A DNA stretch of 63,277 nucleotides, filler included, from Globobulimina sp. (lineage: Eukaryota): assembly GCA_003354225.1 (NCBI GenBank). It is 24 parts of 24 records of this genome, joined end to end, with 100 filler letters (N's around TTAATTAATTAA, not from the genome) between each part and the next. Parts side by side here need not be neighbours in the genome. Positions count along the whole stretch, not along the records: positions 60,741 to 63,277 come from PIVH01006113.1; 23 more parts are not named here. One strand, 5' to 3'. The notes under the pieces were generated by a model. That model ran no database searches. It was not told where the DNA came from and was given only the letters and a program-made list of their open reading frames with translations. The translations under genes and the position numbers were made by a program. Position 1 is the stretch's first letter; each line of letters starts with the position of its first letter. Positions 62,021 to 63,277 of the stretch are shown here, in pieces.

Positions 62021-63277
62021 ATGAAGAAGCTGATGAATATAAGAAATAAAAATAATAATTCCCAAACTGTGAATATAAGTGATCCCAAAGTCCAAAAATG
62101 GGTGGTCCAAGAGATGGAATTGGCGATGAACAGATTAAATGTCTCATTGCCTGAAGTCCAAAGATGGTTAACACAAAAAAAAATCCCTTCGGATCCAAAT
62201 AAAAAAGCATTATATGAATGTATCTCAAATTATGCTGAAATGATGTTTCCATCAAATAATAATAATCCATTTATTCTCAATCAAATTATGCGATCCCCAC
62301 AAAAACAAAAACAACGCATTGCGAAAATGCAACAAGAGACTATTGATTTAACTCAAGAGATTGATATAAAACCACCAGCTCCGTCCACTACGCATACACA
62401 AATACGGCAAATAGTACCAGCTATACCACCATCAATATACGCACTACATCCACTGCATAGAATACCTACACTCCCTCAAATCCGTCGAATATCTCCGCCG
62501 GCGTCGACACTTTTACCTTTACCAAATCTTCAATTTTCACCATCATCACCATGCTCTCCCATAAATAACACCAATTATCCGCATAATATAGATAATATAC
62601 CTCCGCTTGACGTGAATATGACAGATATGTCCAGAATAAATCCATATTTGTATGCGTTTCCACCATCGATGCCAACAAATAAAGATAACAATATTAAGAC
62701 AAAAGCAGTAAATCAGCCTAAAAGCCGCAGGAAAAACAGTAAAAACAAAAGTAAAAGTAATAAATTGAAAAAATCCGACAAAGTAAAAGTAAAAGCACCA
62801 AAACGAAAGAATGATGTGGTAAAAACAGAAAAAATAAAGTCAATAAAAGGCATACGATCGCGTGGTGGCGGCGGCATAATAAAGCCAATGAGAGATGAAT
62901 ATTATCGGTTGGTGTCACGGGTGGATATTGAGGGCAAATTGCAAGATATGAAATGGAACGGAATGACATTGGCTCATTGTTTTGTAAAAAGGACTGATAA
63001 AATAATATTATTGGACCCAATGACACGCAAAGAATTGCCGGGAACAAAGTTGATAATATCTGAAGGACATAAATGTAAAACAACAGAATGTAAATATCCG
63101 CATTTGTATTCGCAGAAATGTCATTGGAAACGGCATGCATTGACAGAACATTGTAATCGCAAATTTGAATGTAAATATTGTTCAGCGACATTTAGACAAC
63201 AGACACAAAGAAAGGAGCATATTGTTAATAAGCATTCGCAGAGTATGGTAAAATGGCTATGTCCGTATGGCTGTGAT
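62021..63277 (+). CDS. C2H2 zinc-finger protein (runs off the window; absent from the ORF track)
   Basis: Manual translation: Pro-rich and Lys-rich region, then CKTTEC..WKRHALTEH, FECKYCSATFRQQTQRKEHIVNKH, WLCPYGC. Confidence 0.85.
   Translation, partial: MKKLMNIRNKNNNSQTVNISDPKVQKWVVQEMELAMNRLNVSLPEVQRWLTQKKIPSDPNKKALYECISNYAEMMFPSNNNNPFILNQIMRSPQKQKQRIAKMQQETIDLTQEIDIKPPAPSTTHTQIRQIVPAIPPSIYALHPLHRIPTLPQIRRISPPASTLLPLPNLQFSPSSPCSPINNTNYPHNIDNIPPLDVNMTDMSRINPYLYAFPPSMPTNKDNNIKTKAVNQPKSRRKNSKNKSKSNKLKKSDKVKVKAPKRKNDVVKTEKIKSIKGIRSRGGGGIIKPMRDEYYRLVSRVDIEGKLQDMKWNGMTLAHCFVKRTDKIILLDPMTRKELPGTKLIISEGHKCKTTECKYPHLYSQKCHWKRHALTEHCNRKFECKYCSATFRQQTQRKEHIVNKHSQSMVKWLCPYGCD

Noticed and set aside
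1-63277. Alternative genetic code (stop-codon reassignment)
   Set aside because: ORF breaks are explained by canonical GT-AG introns; TAA, TAG and TGA all behave as stops in conserved genes

Overview
This window is not one locus. It is 24 unrelated short contigs, sorted by decreasing length (2543 to 2537 bp) and joined by identical 100-bp artificial linkers (N44-TTAATTAATTAA-N44), so adjacency across a linker has no biological meaning. Contigs: 1-2543, 2644-5186, 5287-7829, 7930-10472, 10573-13115, 13216-15757, 15858-18399, 18500-21041, 21142-23682, 23783-26323, 26424-28964, 29065-31605, 31706-34246, 34347-36887, 36988-39528, 39629-42168, 42269-44808, 44909-47448, 47549-50087, 50188-52726, 52827-55365, 55466-58003, 58104-60640, 60741-63277. 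Almost all of it is AT-rich eukaryotic nuclear DNA using the standard code, with short GT-AG introns of about 50-150 nt. The gene content includes PPR proteins, an HSPA12-like Hsp70, Tweety, a Patched-family protein, C-type lectin, Derlin, a SNAP-25-like SNARE, DRC4, CAP-Gly, arylsulfatase, AdoMetDC and Hcp. That content suggests a protist, most plausibly a foraminiferan/rhizarian (inference only). Two pieces look foreign: a BEL/Pao LTR retrotransposon contig, and a bacterial prmC fragment fused to eukaryotic DNA. The most unusual signal is a dispersed family of four tRNA-like cloverleafs on three contigs. They keep a Pol III B-box/T-arm and show compensatory stem changes, but none has a 7-nt anticodon loop, and one copy looks like a precise deletion of the anticodon triplet. 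Other highlights are an intron-containing hybrid-cluster protein with a mitochondrial-type presequence, candidate uORFs and a hydrophobic tail on AdoMetDC, a Tweety-ubiquitin-like fusion, and a recurrent RRRL motif in secretory proteins. All family calls come from recognising motifs by eye; no database searches were run.
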